Source: Eledone cirrhosa
Lineage: Eukaryota
Direction of reading: 5' to 3'
Length of the DNA: 64,000 nt
NCBI GenBank assembly: GCA_964016885.1
Contig: OZ024743.1
Location: forward strand, 341,310,001-341,374,000
Shown: positions 13,609 through 27,678 of the stretch, one piece after another
Position numbering within the stretch: the stretch's first letter is position 1
Layout: each line of letters starts with the position of its first letter
Translations under genes and position numbers: made by a program
The notes under the pieces: generated by a model
Seen by the model: only the letters and a program-made list of their open reading frames with translations
What the model was told of the DNA's origin: nothing
The model's database searches: none

Positions 13609-14700
13609 TGGCTATACGCATAGTATACACAAATGTCCATACACTTAATGTTTATGTGTGACAATTGGCTTCGGGGTTCAGTTATGGGCACCACTTTGGA
13701 GAAGGTATTATTGAACTGGCTCTTCGTCGGGCACATGAACAGATATATGACAATAGAAATAATTGTCAGAGAAAATGTTTGCTTCAAACAGCGGGGATAT
13801 CATATTTGAAACATGGGAAGCAAATCTGGCTTGAAATCTGTCTGCAGACTAATTTTTAGAAGTTTTTTTATATATATATATATATATGCACATATATGAT
13901 TTCTAGTCTCATGTCTATGTCGAAATAGTCTCTTTAGTTTATTTTCCCTTGGGACTCTGGCTGGCATTAATTTGTGTATGACTGACCACTACATAGCCAA
14001 AATCAATACATTGGCGTTATATATATATTGAGAATAAATTTAGATCTGTATATATACAGATTGGGTAACCGAGGCATCACCATATTGAGATAGGGTGTGT
14101 GTGCAAAGGAGAGATAGGAAGAGGGAGAGAGAGATATATACATATAGAGAGAGAGAAAGATAGAGAAAGGGAGAGGGAGAAAGAGAGTGTGTGCGTGCGT
14201 GGGCGTGTGAATCTTTGTAGGTATATATGTTTAAATATATCGCAAAAATATGTATACATACACGAGGGACTGTTTGTATTTATTACTGACAACATCTGTT
14301 GACTCCCTGGCCATTGGAGAGCGTGCTTTTCATAGTAAGCATTATATAAGCATATAAATACATATCAAAAGAAGGTAATATGTATGGAAACCTACATACA
14401 TTTTTGTCAGACATTTAAGTAAGTGTAAGAATTCTTAATGTTCAAAACACATTTTAAAGCACACATTGGTATAGGTTTGATTTTAATGCTTGAAATATTG
14501 ATTGGGTCCTTCGATACTGAACCGTCCAATTGTCATGCCATAACATTTCATGAAAGTCGTCTAGTCGTCATTTCGATATTTACAAGCCATAGTATGTTTG
14601 TTTAACCATTTTGTCGCTAATTACACCGTGTAAGATAGTATTGGTTCCCTGGTTCTAAGTCTCATTTCCTGGTTTGTTATATCCCATTATTATACAAAAA

Positions 14701-16378
14701 CACTATTATTTAATCAGAAGTTTGGGTTTGTGATCAGTAGTTTGATATTTCAAAATTTTCATATTTTTCAAGAAAAATCACATTTTTCAAGAAAAATCAC
14801 AATTTATCAGTTCATATAATTAAATCAACAGAGTATATATATTTATTTTATTACACAAGCTTATCAAAATCAAACAAATAAAAACAAATAACACTTATAA
14901 AGCAACTTATACACGTCAGAAATGACTGGATTTTCTGGATTTGCGGTTGTAGCCCAGGTCGTATTCCCGCACTAGCCCCCAGATATAGTCCCCTATCATT
15001 TCTCCATTGTAGTGGCCCTGGTACCTCCGCTCTATCTCTTTCACATCTTGGTGGAATCGTTCGCCTTGTTTTTCTGAGTAGGCGCCCATATTGTCCTTGA
15101 ATTATTCCATGTGAGCGTCCAGCATATGGAGTTTAAGCGACATCCTGCATCCCATGGCGCCAAAAGCCTTTATCAGATCCCGCACCAGTTGCTGGTAGTT
15201 TTCAGCTCTGTAGTTGCCCAGGAATCCCTTAACAACTGCTTTGAAACAGTTCCATGCTGTTCTCTCAATCCTATTGAGCTTATTGGAGAACTCGGTAGAC
15301 TCAAAAACCTTCTTTATCTGAGGTTCAACAAAAATTCCACCTTTGATTTTGGCCTCGGATAACTTGGGGAATAACTCAAGAAGGTACTTAAAGCAGCTGC
15401 TTCTTGGTTGAGAGCCTTTACAAATTGCTTCATCAACACCAACTTAATGTGCAGTGGCGGCATGAGCACAATCCTGAGATCAACCAGTGGCTCCCACACG
15501 ACATTCCGAGTCCCAACTATAAATTCTGTTCGCTGCTCCCAGTTCTTTCTTTTGTAGTGGTCAGAGGTGGCTCTGCAGACACAAAGGCAGAGGAAGCATT
15601 GGAATTTGATAAAGCCTCCTTGGAGTCCAAGCAAGAATGTCACCATCTTGAAGTCTCCAATGATTTCTCAATTGTACTGGTTGTATTGCAGAGCTTCCAA
15701 GAGGACTTTCACACTGTAGTAATCTTCCTTCAGGCAGACTGAATGAGCTAGGGGAAGTGTCGGGAACTCGTTTCCATTGTGGAGCAGGACAGCCTTCAAA
15801 CTTGTGGTGGAGCTGTCTATAAATACCCGCCACTCCTTGGGCACAAACGGAACCCCAGTAATGTCAACCAGTCCAGGCACGTCATGGCAGAATCAGAGGC
15901 CATCCCTAAGAGTGTAAAAGCCTGAGAAAGGTTCGTGTCAACTTCTCTGACTTTTCACCTGCACTTCCTCCTTGACCAAGTTTCACTGCTTCATTCTGGA
16001 GACGAATGCTTAAAACATAACTCACCGTTTATTCAGGGTGCGAAAATCCAGTATCTATGAATCTCTTTAATCCACTTTTTAAAAATGTTATACTTTATTG
16101 CACTTTTATAATTTTCTTTAGGTATTACTCTTTATTTTATAATTTTAATTTTAACCTGAAACATATATAAAAAAATCATTTAACATAAGCAAATTAAACT
16201 TATATACAACGTAAAATCCAGCATACAAATAATTCTAGTGAATAGCTTAGAATTTTTACAAAGCCAAACTTTTAACTGTTTAATAGCACTTTTTTTAAAT
16301 TTATTAGGGACCTAAGCAACACAAAAAAAGTGATTGCAAGCCAGGAACAGAGAGAACAATTATTTTTGTTACACGGTG
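14701..16378 (-). mobile_element. Chapaev3-type (CMC superfamily) DNA transposon with fragmented transposase
   Basis: Minus-strand frames give EWRVFIDSSTTSLKAVLLHNGN, MVTFLLGLQGGFIKFQCFLC and LMPPLHIKLVLMKQFVKAL. Termini are CAC...GTG (cactatt at 14701; gttacacggtg ending 16378). Confidence 0.78.
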
Positions 16379-17004
16379 TTATTTGTCAATTTGCAGGTCT
16401 GCTACCCAGGGACTGGTGTCAGTTAAAATGAAACATCACCAAGCTTATCTTTTGTTCTTGTATGTTAACATATAATTATCTATCAGATAAAATTGTTCTT
16501 TACACTTTATTATTCAATACTTTTAGTTATTTAATGTTTAAACATTCAGAATGGTTTTACGTTCATCATCATCTATTGACTGCATTTAGTAGACGACCAA
16601 AATCCGCTTCATTGCGGAATTTGATCACAGAATGCAAAGTAACAGAGAAAATACTGAAAAGTATCAAGTCCGACGCTTTACCAATTCCGGCAATTATCTG
16701 CCATACACATGCATCTTGTTGAATCGATCCAGAATTTGTAAATGGCATGATTAACCTCGGCAGTATTTAAACACATAGTGACGAGAGACGGTATAAATGC
16801 TACAGGATACAGTTACGAAATGTGGTGAAAATTCCGGTTTCCGATCCTTGTCCTTCTGCCAAAAAGAACATACGCGATAATACCAGGGAAGCAGAAGGAC
16901 GAAGAAAATGTGAAATACGAATTGTAGCGCGAAAGTAAAGTGAGGAAGAGGAAGTAAGGTGAAGGCGTGGTGTGCTAAACCTTTGTATTGTTAGCCAGAT
17001 CGAA

Positions 17005-17225
17005 GGGTGGTGGATTGGCAGTATCGGTGGAAGGTCGGACACCATGCTTTGCAGCATAGAGTTACGGCCCTTTATGATCTGCGATCAAATCCCACCGAGG
17101 TTAACTTTGCCTTTCATCCTTACGGGGTACGATAAAATAAAGCACCAGTCACGCACTGTGGTCGATTTAATCGACTTTCCCCTCCCCCAAAATTGTGACC
17201 ATTGTGCCTAAATAAGAAACCCTTA
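17005..17225 (+). mobile_element. tRNA-derived SINE
   Basis: Same head and core as the other copies, long-tail variant (ggtcgatttaatcgact). Confidence 0.85.
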
Positions 17226-18389
17226 TTAGACAGATCGGTTGACATGGAAGTAGGTGGCGACGGTGAGATCAATTAAATTTTGGAATCAAAACAAAAGTTC
17301 ATGTACAAATTATAATACATACACACATTTTTATACATTGTTCACTTTTCATTCTACACCAACTGATTTAATACAAATCGTGATATGTCAGCGCTCAACT
17401 TGAGGATGCAAATCCCGCTAGGTCGAATTTGCCTTATACATTTTCATGGGTCATGAGATAAAGTACCAGTTAAACACGCAGTTCCTTCAACTTAGTTGTA
17501 GCCCTTTATATGTTTGATTTTTACTTTATATGTATAATAATAATGAAAAAAAATCAATAATAATAAAACGTCTCAGAACTAAACTACAATACTAAAAGTC
17601 ATAGTACTGAAGTAATTTTATCTCAATATCTTCTTTTTCAATTCGTCATTTCTGGCAGTAAATTATTCAATATTTTCCGCTGTCATCATTCAACTGATAA
17701 TTTTCGTTTGTAAACAATGACGAAAATTTCCTTAATTTGAATATTATTTTCAATCGATATCTGCAATACGTGTGTGAAACATTTTTTTTTCCTTTTCAAT
17801 TTTTATTTTTTTGGCTCTTTTACCTGAAGCATGTTATCTTAAGCCACTTAATAACACGGGACAGCACGTTCTTGAAACAATTGATATCTGTTTTAACGAA
17901 TACAATTTTATTTTAGAACAGAACGAAACATTTTATCAAATACAAAAGAATGATCTGGAACAACTGTTGAATTATTAAAAAGAAAATTAAATGTCACTTA
18001 AAATGCTTTTAAGGTGTCTTAACTAAATTTGTGATTTAAATCAGCAAGCTTGGTTTCGATCTTGGCAGCTTTACCATTTCAAATTTCACAAGAGAGAAAC
18101 AAGAACAACACGACGAAAATCAAGATAAACATTTATAATTTGTGGAAATGGAAACATAATGATCTTTAAGGCTTCGTACTCAACTCCCGAAAGATAAACC
18201 GGGAGAAAGACATAGATAAAATGTTGAAAAGGATACGGCTTGAAACATCAATATGGTATTATAAAATACATCAAGTCAAAAATACTAGGCATTATTTCTG
18301 TCTCTTCTCAATTACTTTTATTTATCTCATCTCCACTGGCTCTCCATTCTTATACCCACAGGCTCATGCCCATATACACAACCTTCATG

Positions 18390-18810
18390 GGGATTGGCAG
18401 TATCAGTAGAGGGTCCGACGCCATGCTTTGCAACAAAGGGTTACGGCCCTTTATGGTTTGAGTTCAAATCGCGCCGTGGTTAAACTTTGCCTTTCATATC
18501 TTACGGGGTCGATAAAATAAAGTACCAGTAATGTACTGGGATAATTGCTGGTCTTGTGCCAAAAGTAGAAACAAGTATTTCTTCTATATCTATGGCGCTG
18601 GATTGGCAGTATCGGTAGCGGATCGGACGCCATGTTTTGCAGCATAGAGTTATCGCCCTTTATGATCTTCGTTCGAATGCCTCCGCGGTTAACTTTGCCA
18701 TTCATCCTTACGGGGTCGATAAAATAAAGTACCAATCACGAACTGGGGTCGATTTAATCGACTCCCCCCCCAAAAAAAAATTGCTGGCATTGTACCTATA
18801 TAAGACACCA
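18390..18810 (+). mobile_element. Two tandem tRNA-derived SINE copies (short- and long-tail variants)
   Basis: ggattggcagtatc heads at about 18391 and 18600, each followed by the core. Confidence 0.85.
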
Positions 18811-20531
18811 TTATTTCTTCTATATCTAGCTACATACACATACATACATACATACATATATATACCATGAAGATTATTGTTTATACAACTACATCTAATT
18901 TACTAACTGCGACCCATCACTTTTCCACTGTTTTCCACCACTCTGTTTTCCATCCCTCTTTCTTATTCTCTCTCCCGACTTCCTTACCTTTATCGCCTTC
19001 CCTCTCTACCGTAGTTTATCTGCTGTTTAGGGCCGCCCCCTCTCCTGCTTTTTGTCTCACCCATCATTCCTCCTCTTCTATCTCGTTTTCTGCACCCATC
19101 CCACTCTTAGACAAAAAACAGCTGGGTTTCAAGCTTTAGGCACATCCTGTGTCATGTTATCTCTGTCCGTTCCTCCTTTAATCCTTCGATGGACAATCAC
19201 TTGTCTGACTGCTCTTTTCTTTGTCCGCTTCTCTCTTATTTAATGAATGTTCTCTGAGAGGCTAAGTTCCCTCTTAGGGTTACTACACTGCACACTCAGG
19301 TCTCTTTCTGTCCAGTTTTGCTTAAGTTGAATACCCCAATATTATCTCTATTGACCTGTTTTCTATGCGTCGTAGGTCCTTGTCAATCCCTAATAGTTTG
19401 CTTGCACTTAAATCTCTGTAAGTATTGGTCCTGTTCACATTCTATTCATCTCAACTTAACATACCTAATGCTACATTAACTAATTTAATGAGAAGTTGTT
19501 TCAAAGACTTTGAGGGGAAGAGGAATTGAGGCATGATTTCGCTCCTTCATATCTGCTTAGGCTGCTATATTCGAAGGTGGCTATGTCATTCAATCTGATA
19601 TTTCATGGAGATATTAACAGTAACCAGTAATAAAACTCATTGATGTACATTGCATTTTCTAGTGCTACAGCAGATGTCATCCAAATTTTTGTATTGCCAC
19701 TTTGTTTAACCCATGTCAGCTGTAATCATCCACATAATATAATATATGACTAGGTTATACAATACCTTCTTCCTTTTCGAAGAGATTTGAGGGATATTTG
19801 ACAACTATTTTCTATAAATTGAATCAGAGCATTACTGCTCCTGTCGATGGCTCATAATGTTATTTTTGCTGTTATGAATAATGAATAGTTGCCACCTGAA
19901 GGCTATAACAACCTCAGTTTACAGAAGCAGCCAGTCTGTCGAAAGTGACCGCCTACAAGCTTAAGATATATTAAGAATATGTTTCATATGTATTTACATT
20001 TACATTACTACAGAAAACACATTATATTGATCACCAATTAGACAGAAAAATTAAATCACGCTGAGTCTGGAGCGATAGACTCCGAACTATTCCCAATTAT
20101 TCATTTCCTCACACAGCATGCAAGCCAGTTGATTTATAACGTCACACATTATTATGTTTCCTTTCATTACAAAGCATGCTGTAAAATACGTAAATCGTAT
20201 TATGTATGCTATCAAATCTTAAATCATTCAGAAAGGACCTTTCATTTTCTATTCAATGTTTCAGCAGAGTGAGTTGGAATCGATTCTTTTCGTGCCATTC
20301 ACAAAGACAAAGCTATTATTGTCTCAGTAGTTAGGGTTGACAATCGGATTGGTCAATAAACTTGACACTTTACTGTTGTCAGATACAACAAATATCGCTG
20401 AGCGTTTCCCAGAAAATTCAAATAGCACCAAACAAATATATCTGAACTTATACTGTGATATATAGAATAAATTTTGCTTTTTTTAAATTCTACTCTCTTG
20501 CCTTCAGCTCTCACCCTCCCTCCTCTCCATA

Positions 20532-20676
<145 letters not shown>

Positions 20677-20780
20677 CAGAGAGATGCATATATATATATG
20701 TATGTATGTATATATAGAGAGAGAAAGAAAGAGATAGATACATAGACATACACACACACTCACACATATGTATATATATA

Positions 20781-20842
<62 letters not shown>

Positions 20843-21632
20843 TGCGTACGTGTTTTCTTCTCTCTGTGAGTACAGTAAAGGGAATATAAATAGAACATGT
20901 AGAAAACATTAGTTTTGGTGTTTAATATTTCTGTGGAGCTTATCAAATAACATTTAATAGCTCTTCTTCATATAGTACCAGATGACATTACTGCATCTGT
21001 GCTAGAAACGTTATTAAACTTTGAATATGCTAACTTGATTGTATAGTTTGGTTACCCAAAATTCCTATGCGAAAAAAATGAAATGGATTCCAGTAGCACT
21101 TCTATATTATAGATAATTTATTATGGAATAAATGAAAGAAAATTGTTCAATATACGTAGTTCTTCGTCCAATGTGGTTTTCTATGAAATGGAAGAAATAG
21201 TTTAGATGATGTATTCCGAAATACATGATTAAAGATAAGAAAGCTGGTTAGTCGTGGGCCTCAGCTAGTGGAGCTAAAATCTAGGGCATTCAGGTCGAGT
21301 TAAAGATTGCCATTCTTAAGTTAAAGGCTGTTATTTCTTTTAAGTCGACTGGTTATGCCAATACTTAGAGAAAGATACACTAAATTAATGTTACTCTATC
21401 CATTAGATCCCTCCTATTATTATATCGACAATGAAGGACGGAGTAAAATGCTATGTATTTGAACTCAGAACACAAGGTTCATAACACAATTTCTTAATAT
21501 TATCATAGTATAATAACATATGTTGTATTAATAATTGTAATGAAAATATGGGCGATAACAAACTGGTAATACCGATGTCAACACTTTCTTCAACTTGTGT
21601 GTAGCTCGGGCCATTCTTCTTCTTCTTCTTTT

Positions 21633-21666
<34 letters not shown>

Positions 21667-21893
21667 ATTATTATTATTGAATGCTATGGTTGACGGAGGC
21701 TCGGCTCTGTAAGGTACTGTAAATTTTGAACGCTATAACAATTGTAAATTGTTTAAAACTTAGACCAACTTGTAGACAAAAACACCCTCCTCCTCGTGAG
21801 AGGGGTCTTTCTGCCCGTTATTTGGCCCTTTGGGGTTAAATAACTGCTTATTGGTGTTTTGTACCCAATATTTATTTTTAACAAAAAAACAAC

Positions 21894-23969
21894 ATGGCTA
21901 CGAAAAAGAATTTGCATAGGTCACTCCCACTCATTCCGTCTTCTTTTTCCTCAATCGTCACTACAGCAGAGAGAAGATTGTCTCTCTCCCTCCCTTCTCT
22001 TTCGCAAGCGACGAAAGAAAAGAAAAGTCTCGTGCAAAGCGTGCAAGGTTTCTCCACGACGACGACGACAGCGACGAAACAGGTGTGCGGGAAATACGAA
22101 AACCCAGTTCATTCGTCTGACGTCAGGAATAATAGCAGTAGCAGCCGTAATAACAACAGCAACAGTGACAATGAAAACAACAGTAGCAGCCGCAACAGCA
22201 TCACCAGCAGCATAAACAACAACAGCATTAGCAGCAGCAACACCAACAACAACCACAGCAACAGCGGCGGGGGCAGTAGTCGTAGTACCTGCAGCAACAA
22301 CAAAAGTAACAGCAGCTCTGACGACAACAACAGCAACAGCAGCAAAGAAAAACCAATCTCATTTGCAGGTATTGCGAAAAACTTGGAAACAATCCTCATA
22401 ACAAATGAGGAATTAGAGGAAGCGAAGAAGATGGTGACAAAGACTGGACACCGAGCAATCTGCAAGGCAGCGGAAACATTTTTCGAAACCCAACAGTACG
22501 GTCACGTACCGTACAGTAAGTACAAAATCCCGTAGGGTGGAAAGAGCCACAGAGGCTCAAATACAAAAAGCCTTGGGGTCTGTGTGGCAGCGGAAAACGC
22601 ACATCACCCGAGGAAAAAAAAATATGCCACCGTAGACGTACTTTTTGCCACACCCCAGGAGGCAAAGGCCCAATCCGTAGTGACCCTAAGGAGCGAGGAA
22701 ATGGTGTTGGTGCCCTCCTACTGCGGGCAAAAAATTGTGAGGGTCAAACTGACCCACGTCCCCCCCCCCCCCGGGATGGCCCCTTCTTGGCTGGCCGCGT
22801 CTGTCCTCGTCGGAATCGAGGACAAAACATCTGTACTGCAAGTACAGAAAAAAGTAAGAGAAGATTGGGTCGGCACCTCCATTGAGATGCTAATCCAAAC
22901 CAACCAGGAGTGCATCGAAGCTATCCCGGATGTGATAGACTTCGATAGCGGCACTCAACTTCCCATAAGTGTTGAAGGAAAACGCCCGAAATGCTTTCGC
23001 TGTGGATCGAAGACTCACCTCAGGGCCTTCTGCAACGAGAAGACCCTGAGAAAGGAGAAACCCCCCCTCCTTCCGAAACCGGCTCCACGGCTACCAGCAA
23101 CAGGACAAGCGGCAACCAGGAACGATAGGTCCGTGGCACCCATACCCACGCCACGGAAATCAAAAACAGCAGCAGCAGTGGAAATATTAACAACAACAAC
23201 AGCAATACCAAATGCAGCTGCAACAGAGACTCCAGTGCAAACATCACCAACAACAAGTGAAAGAGTGGAGCTGGTACCCCTCCCCGACCTCACAGAATCA
23301 GACATGGAGTGTGAGGTGGGAGAGAGATGGCAAAAGGTCGTAAGAAGGCACAAACGCAGAAGCAGCACATCGTCGCCTTTGAAAAGGGAGGAAAGAAATG
23401 AGAAAAGGGTAAAGTCTACTGCAAAGAGACCCACAGCAGCAACACCACCAACACCATCACCACCCATACTAGCACCACCATCACCACCGGCGACAACCCC
23501 ACCGCCAACAACACCTTCAACACCACCACCACAAGCACCAACATCGCAAACACAACAACAAAACACATACACCCAGCAACAACGACAAGAAAATAGCAGA
23601 ACCACACCCCACACCCAGAAAAACAAATGCACGGCAATAAATACACACAACAAGAAATTAATGACTTACATAATTGAACACACAGACATTTCACAACACG
23701 ACTACATAATACCAGCACCAATCAAAACGCCAACTAACATAAGACTGCTAAAAATAGCACAGAAACAATACACAAATAGTAAAACGAAATTCCCCAACGC
23801 AGTTGGTGATTTCAGGGACCTAGGAGGAACTATCAATCGAAGAATATATTCAGACATTCTCTTAGAAGAGCCAACGACCAGCCGAAGGGACGATTCAACG
23901 GTCCCTTCACCAGACGATCAAGTGAAAAGGGATGTAAAAACCATCCCTCCTCTACCAAAAGTACGGTAA
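21894..23969 (+). pseudogene. ORF1 (gag-like, CX2CX4HX4C zinc knuckle) disrupted near 22525-22620
   Basis: Contains CFRCGSKTHLRAFC. The TAG at 22533 is best explained by two compensating indels, because the alternative frame RVERATEAQIQKALGSVWQRK matches RVQQATVSQVQSAIVSVWAQRK of the 7.0-kb copy. Confidence 0.75.
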
Positions 23970-24004
23970 ATGGTCTTTCCCATCTTTTCCACTCTATTTT
24001 AAAC

Positions 24005-27000
24005 ATGACCTCACTCAGAACAGGCAGCATGAATGCGCGTGGCTTGGGGTCGTCATGGAAGCAGGGCCACCTGCTCAACGACCTCAGGTCACTAAACATA
24101 GATGTAGTGGCCATCAGCGAGACCAGAATCCCCGAAGCACGGGCCTTCGCACCGATCTTCGGCGGCTACGATGTGTACGCATCTCCCAGCCGTCCTGGAT
24201 CGGGGTGAGGAGTTGCTGTGCTTTTTCGGAGAGGTTTGGATCTCGCCATACGGGCCATCTTCCTGGACCCAGAAGGTAAGCTGGTGGTGCTGGACGTGAC
24301 CAGCGGAGACGGGCAAGCTTTCAGGCTAGTGGCCGTCTATGCCCCGACAGGAGCAGGGCGGCCTGATTTCTTCCGGCGTCTGGAGACCTTTCTTGGAACG
24401 TCCCGCTCTTTAGTGTTAGTGGGCGACTGGTACGGGATCTTAGATGCACGCTGGGACTGTGTGGGATTAGCGGATATGGGTGGAGGGTGCAAGAGCCTCA
24501 CCAACCTGCTCAGGCGTTTTGAACTGTCTGACAGGTACCGATTGGATTTCCCGAATGCGCCAATGTGGACTTGGACAAATCGCATAGGGTCATCCAGATC
24601 ATATCTAGATAGAGTATTTTGTAGGGAAATAGATAGGTCTAGCATAGGCTGTCCACAGTTCAAGATAGTCAGCTACACGGACCACAAATTCGTGATCTGT
24701 GTGCTTGCATTAGATAGGCTTCATAGACGAGGACCCGGCTACTGGAAGCTAAACGCGTCCTTACCAGCGCGCAAGGCCTACAGAGACCGGATTAGCGAAC
24801 TAGTTAAGCGGGCGTTGACGGGGGCCATCGTCAACAACAAGTGGTGGTTTGCTCTGAAAAGAGCGATTAGAATAGAATCCATTAGGTTTAGTAAGGCTTT
24901 AGCAATAGAGAAAAATAGAGCAGAGGGAGAACTAGTTAGAAAATTAGACGAGGCGCTTAGCAAAGGCATTGCGACTTACGTGCTTGCGGCGAAATTGGCC
25001 CTTGACCAATTCTTCAATGCAAAGCACGAATGCTGCGTTGTCAGAGCAAGGGTGCGTGCTCTCAGACACGAGGGGACGAAAGCCGTTCAATGGGCCCGAT
25101 TGGCGGAGGCGCATCGTGGCAACAAAGCCACGATCCGGTCTTTGGTGGACCACGACGGGCGCATGCTACTCGATCCCGGGCAAATGTGTGAAGCTTTTCA
25201 GCGACACTTTGCTCAGCTGTTCGGAGGCAGCGGTGGGCCGGGTCCAGGGATGGACTTTAGTGTCTACCTCGACGGACTGCCGCGGCTCTTGGCCACTGAT
25301 GCGAGGTGTTGCGAAAAGCCGATAACAGCCGCTGAAGTAAGGGAGGCAATGACTGGCTGCACAAGGGGTAAATCGCCTGGTTTGGATGGTCTGCTCTATG
25401 AACTTTACGTACAGATGCCAGACTTGTTCGGAGGCCTCTTGGCGGACGTCTACTGCAACTGGCAACAGAACGGGAAAATTCCCAGTTCTGTGAGCCGAGG
25501 AGCGGTGGCACTGCTGAGAAAGGATCCGAACAAGGGGGATAACATAGATAATTTCCGGCCCATAACTCTGCTAAACACAGAGTTCAAGATTTTGGCCAAG
25601 GTGCTAGCAAAGAGGTTGGCGCTTGTCGTTGGTGGTCTGGTGGGAGAGGCGCAGACATGCGCCATTCCCGACAGATCCATCCACGACAACCTCCACCTCA
25701 TGCGATACATCGTAGAGAGGGTAGCTAAGGAACCTGGCACGGGTGGGTCCTTGATCAATTTAGATCAGTCGAAAGATTTCGATAGGGTCGACCATCGTTA
25801 CCTAGCGGCAGTCCTGAGGGCGGCTGGCTTTGGGCCCGTCTTCAGAGGCTGGATCGCTGCCATGCACAGCGACATCTGCTCTGTGGTGAGAGTGAACGGT
25901 CACCTGTCGGAACCGTTCAACATCATGCGCTCGGTCCGCCAAGGATGTCCCCTCTCGTCCCTCTTGTACGTATTGACTCTCGAGCCATTACTGCACAAAC
26001 TGGAGACGTTGAGGGGGGTCCCGCGCGAATTAGGATGCGGAAGATCCGTGTCAGCATATGCGGACGATGTCACCGTAGTGGTGTCGAACGCCAAACACAT
26101 CGAGGCGATCGGCACTACATTAAGAGAATACGAAGCGGTGACAGGAGCAATGATCAACCAGGAAAAGTCAGTGGGCCTGCAGCTCGGCACCTGGAGAGGC
26201 AGGTCCATGTCGTCCAACAGCGTCGTCGGACGCTGGACGGACGGACCGGTTAAATTGCTAGGGGTCTGGTTCGGTCTGGACCTCCAGACGGACAAAAACT
26301 GGGACGAGGTGACGAGCAGGGTGGCTTCTCTCACCCAGAAATGGGCCCAGAGGAAGCTATCCCTGAAAGGTCGAGCGGAGGTGGCTAACACGTACATCGC
26401 GTCTGTCATCTGCTACCGCCTGACCGTCGTACCTTGTCCTAAGCCTCGCCTGACTGCGCTGGAGCGTTTGCTCTTTCGCTTTTTGTGGAAGGGACGCGCT
26501 CCGATGGTCAGGCGATCCATCTGTTGTCAACACCCGCTACGTGGAGGGCTGGGCGGGCCGTGGCTGATGATGCGCAGGCACGCGCTCAGGCTACGAGATC
26601 TCCACCTCTTCCTCGACAGTGATCAGGTGTGGTCGCCGTTTGCTAGACACGTATTTCCTCAGCTCGTTTCCTTGACGGAGCTGCAGTCCTGGGTCAAGCG
26701 AAGACCGAGAGGGAGCGCCTGGAGACTGGAATGTCTTCAGGCGCTCACAGCCCTCGACCAATCGGGCAATGTGATCGGTCTAAACTCCACCTCGGCGTTC
26801 TATAGAGGATTAGTGAAAGGGAAGAGCGACGACGTACTTGGGGAAACTCTAGGCGTCGACGAAAATCAACTAGCCAATCTCTTCGGAAGAACTTTCGGGC
26901 CTGGGCCTATGGACAACTTCCAGAAATCTCTGGCCTGGCAGTGCTACCGAGGAGCCTTGCCAGTTCGGGATAAACTCTACAGGCATGGAGGTGCCGTCAG

Positions 27001-27424
27001 CCGGGCATGTCCGAGATGCGCACAGGGCGACGAAACCGTCCTGCACGCACTCGTCCAGTGTCCGAAAATTGCTGACTTGTGGGTTTATGTCGAACACCTG
27101 CTATCGCGTTTAGGACGGATCCGGCTATCATCTGAGTCCATCGTGAGGATTGCCCCGCCCTCCTCCTTTAGCCGGGAAGGGCAGGCAGTTTTTATCTGTC
27201 AGGTGGCCATGGCGAAAGAGATAGTATGGTGGACACGTTTGAAAGGGCTGAAGACGAGCACTTACCTCTTCGGTGATGCTGTGATTGACTTTTTCAAATT
27301 TCATTTGAAAAGGAAAATCAGAGTAGAGAGGGAAGTGCTCTCTTCCCAGCATTTTGTTGAAAGATGGGTGAGAGAAGCAAGAATGGCCCGAGTGAATGGG
27401 CCTATTCTGAGTATATATCTGTAA
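24005..27424 (+). CDS. ORF2: APE endonuclease + reverse transcriptase + C-terminal zinc finger, with one in-frame TGA at 24206
   Basis: Motifs MNARGL, VVAISET, VYAP, SYLDR, YTDHK, KSPGLDG, FRPITLLN, VRQGCPLS, YADD and CPRC..ETVLHALVQC. ORFs 24005-24208 and 24218-27424 are in the same frame. Confidence 0.92.
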
Positions 27425-27678
27425 ATTAAAGGTGGAAAACTGGGGAGGGCACTTGCCTTGGTGGTCAGGGTCATTGTGGCTTTTTACTGGGCTTTCTCCA
27501 CAAATGTCCCTCCGAAGTCTCCCCCCTATTGGGGAATTTTTCATTGTTATTTTTTGTTACACCCTCTGTTTTTCTTGTTTTTTTACACGCAGAAATGCCC
27601 ATTTGTACCGTCCTGTATTGTCCTGCACTGTCCTTAATGTCTACTTTATGTAAACCCTTGTGATTAATAAAGAAATCA

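Larger units (their letters stand above)
21680..27678 (+). mobile_element. Near-full-length Tx1/L1-clade non-LTR retrotransposon inserted in a (TTC)n tract
   Basis: 5' UTR, ORF1 with a CCHC knuckle, ORF2 (APE-RT-zinc finger) and a 3' UTR with aataaa at 27666. It is flanked by cattcttcttc... on both sides (21612 and 27677). Confidence 0.93.

Noticed and set aside
24206-24208. In-frame TGA as programmed readthrough or selenocysteine
   Set aside because: A single GGA>TGA mutation in a retroelement copy with other lesions is simpler, and no supporting signal was seen.
22718-27544. Antisense and alternative-frame ORFs over the Tx1 element
   Set aside because: They are shadow ORFs of GC-rich or low-complexity coding sequence.
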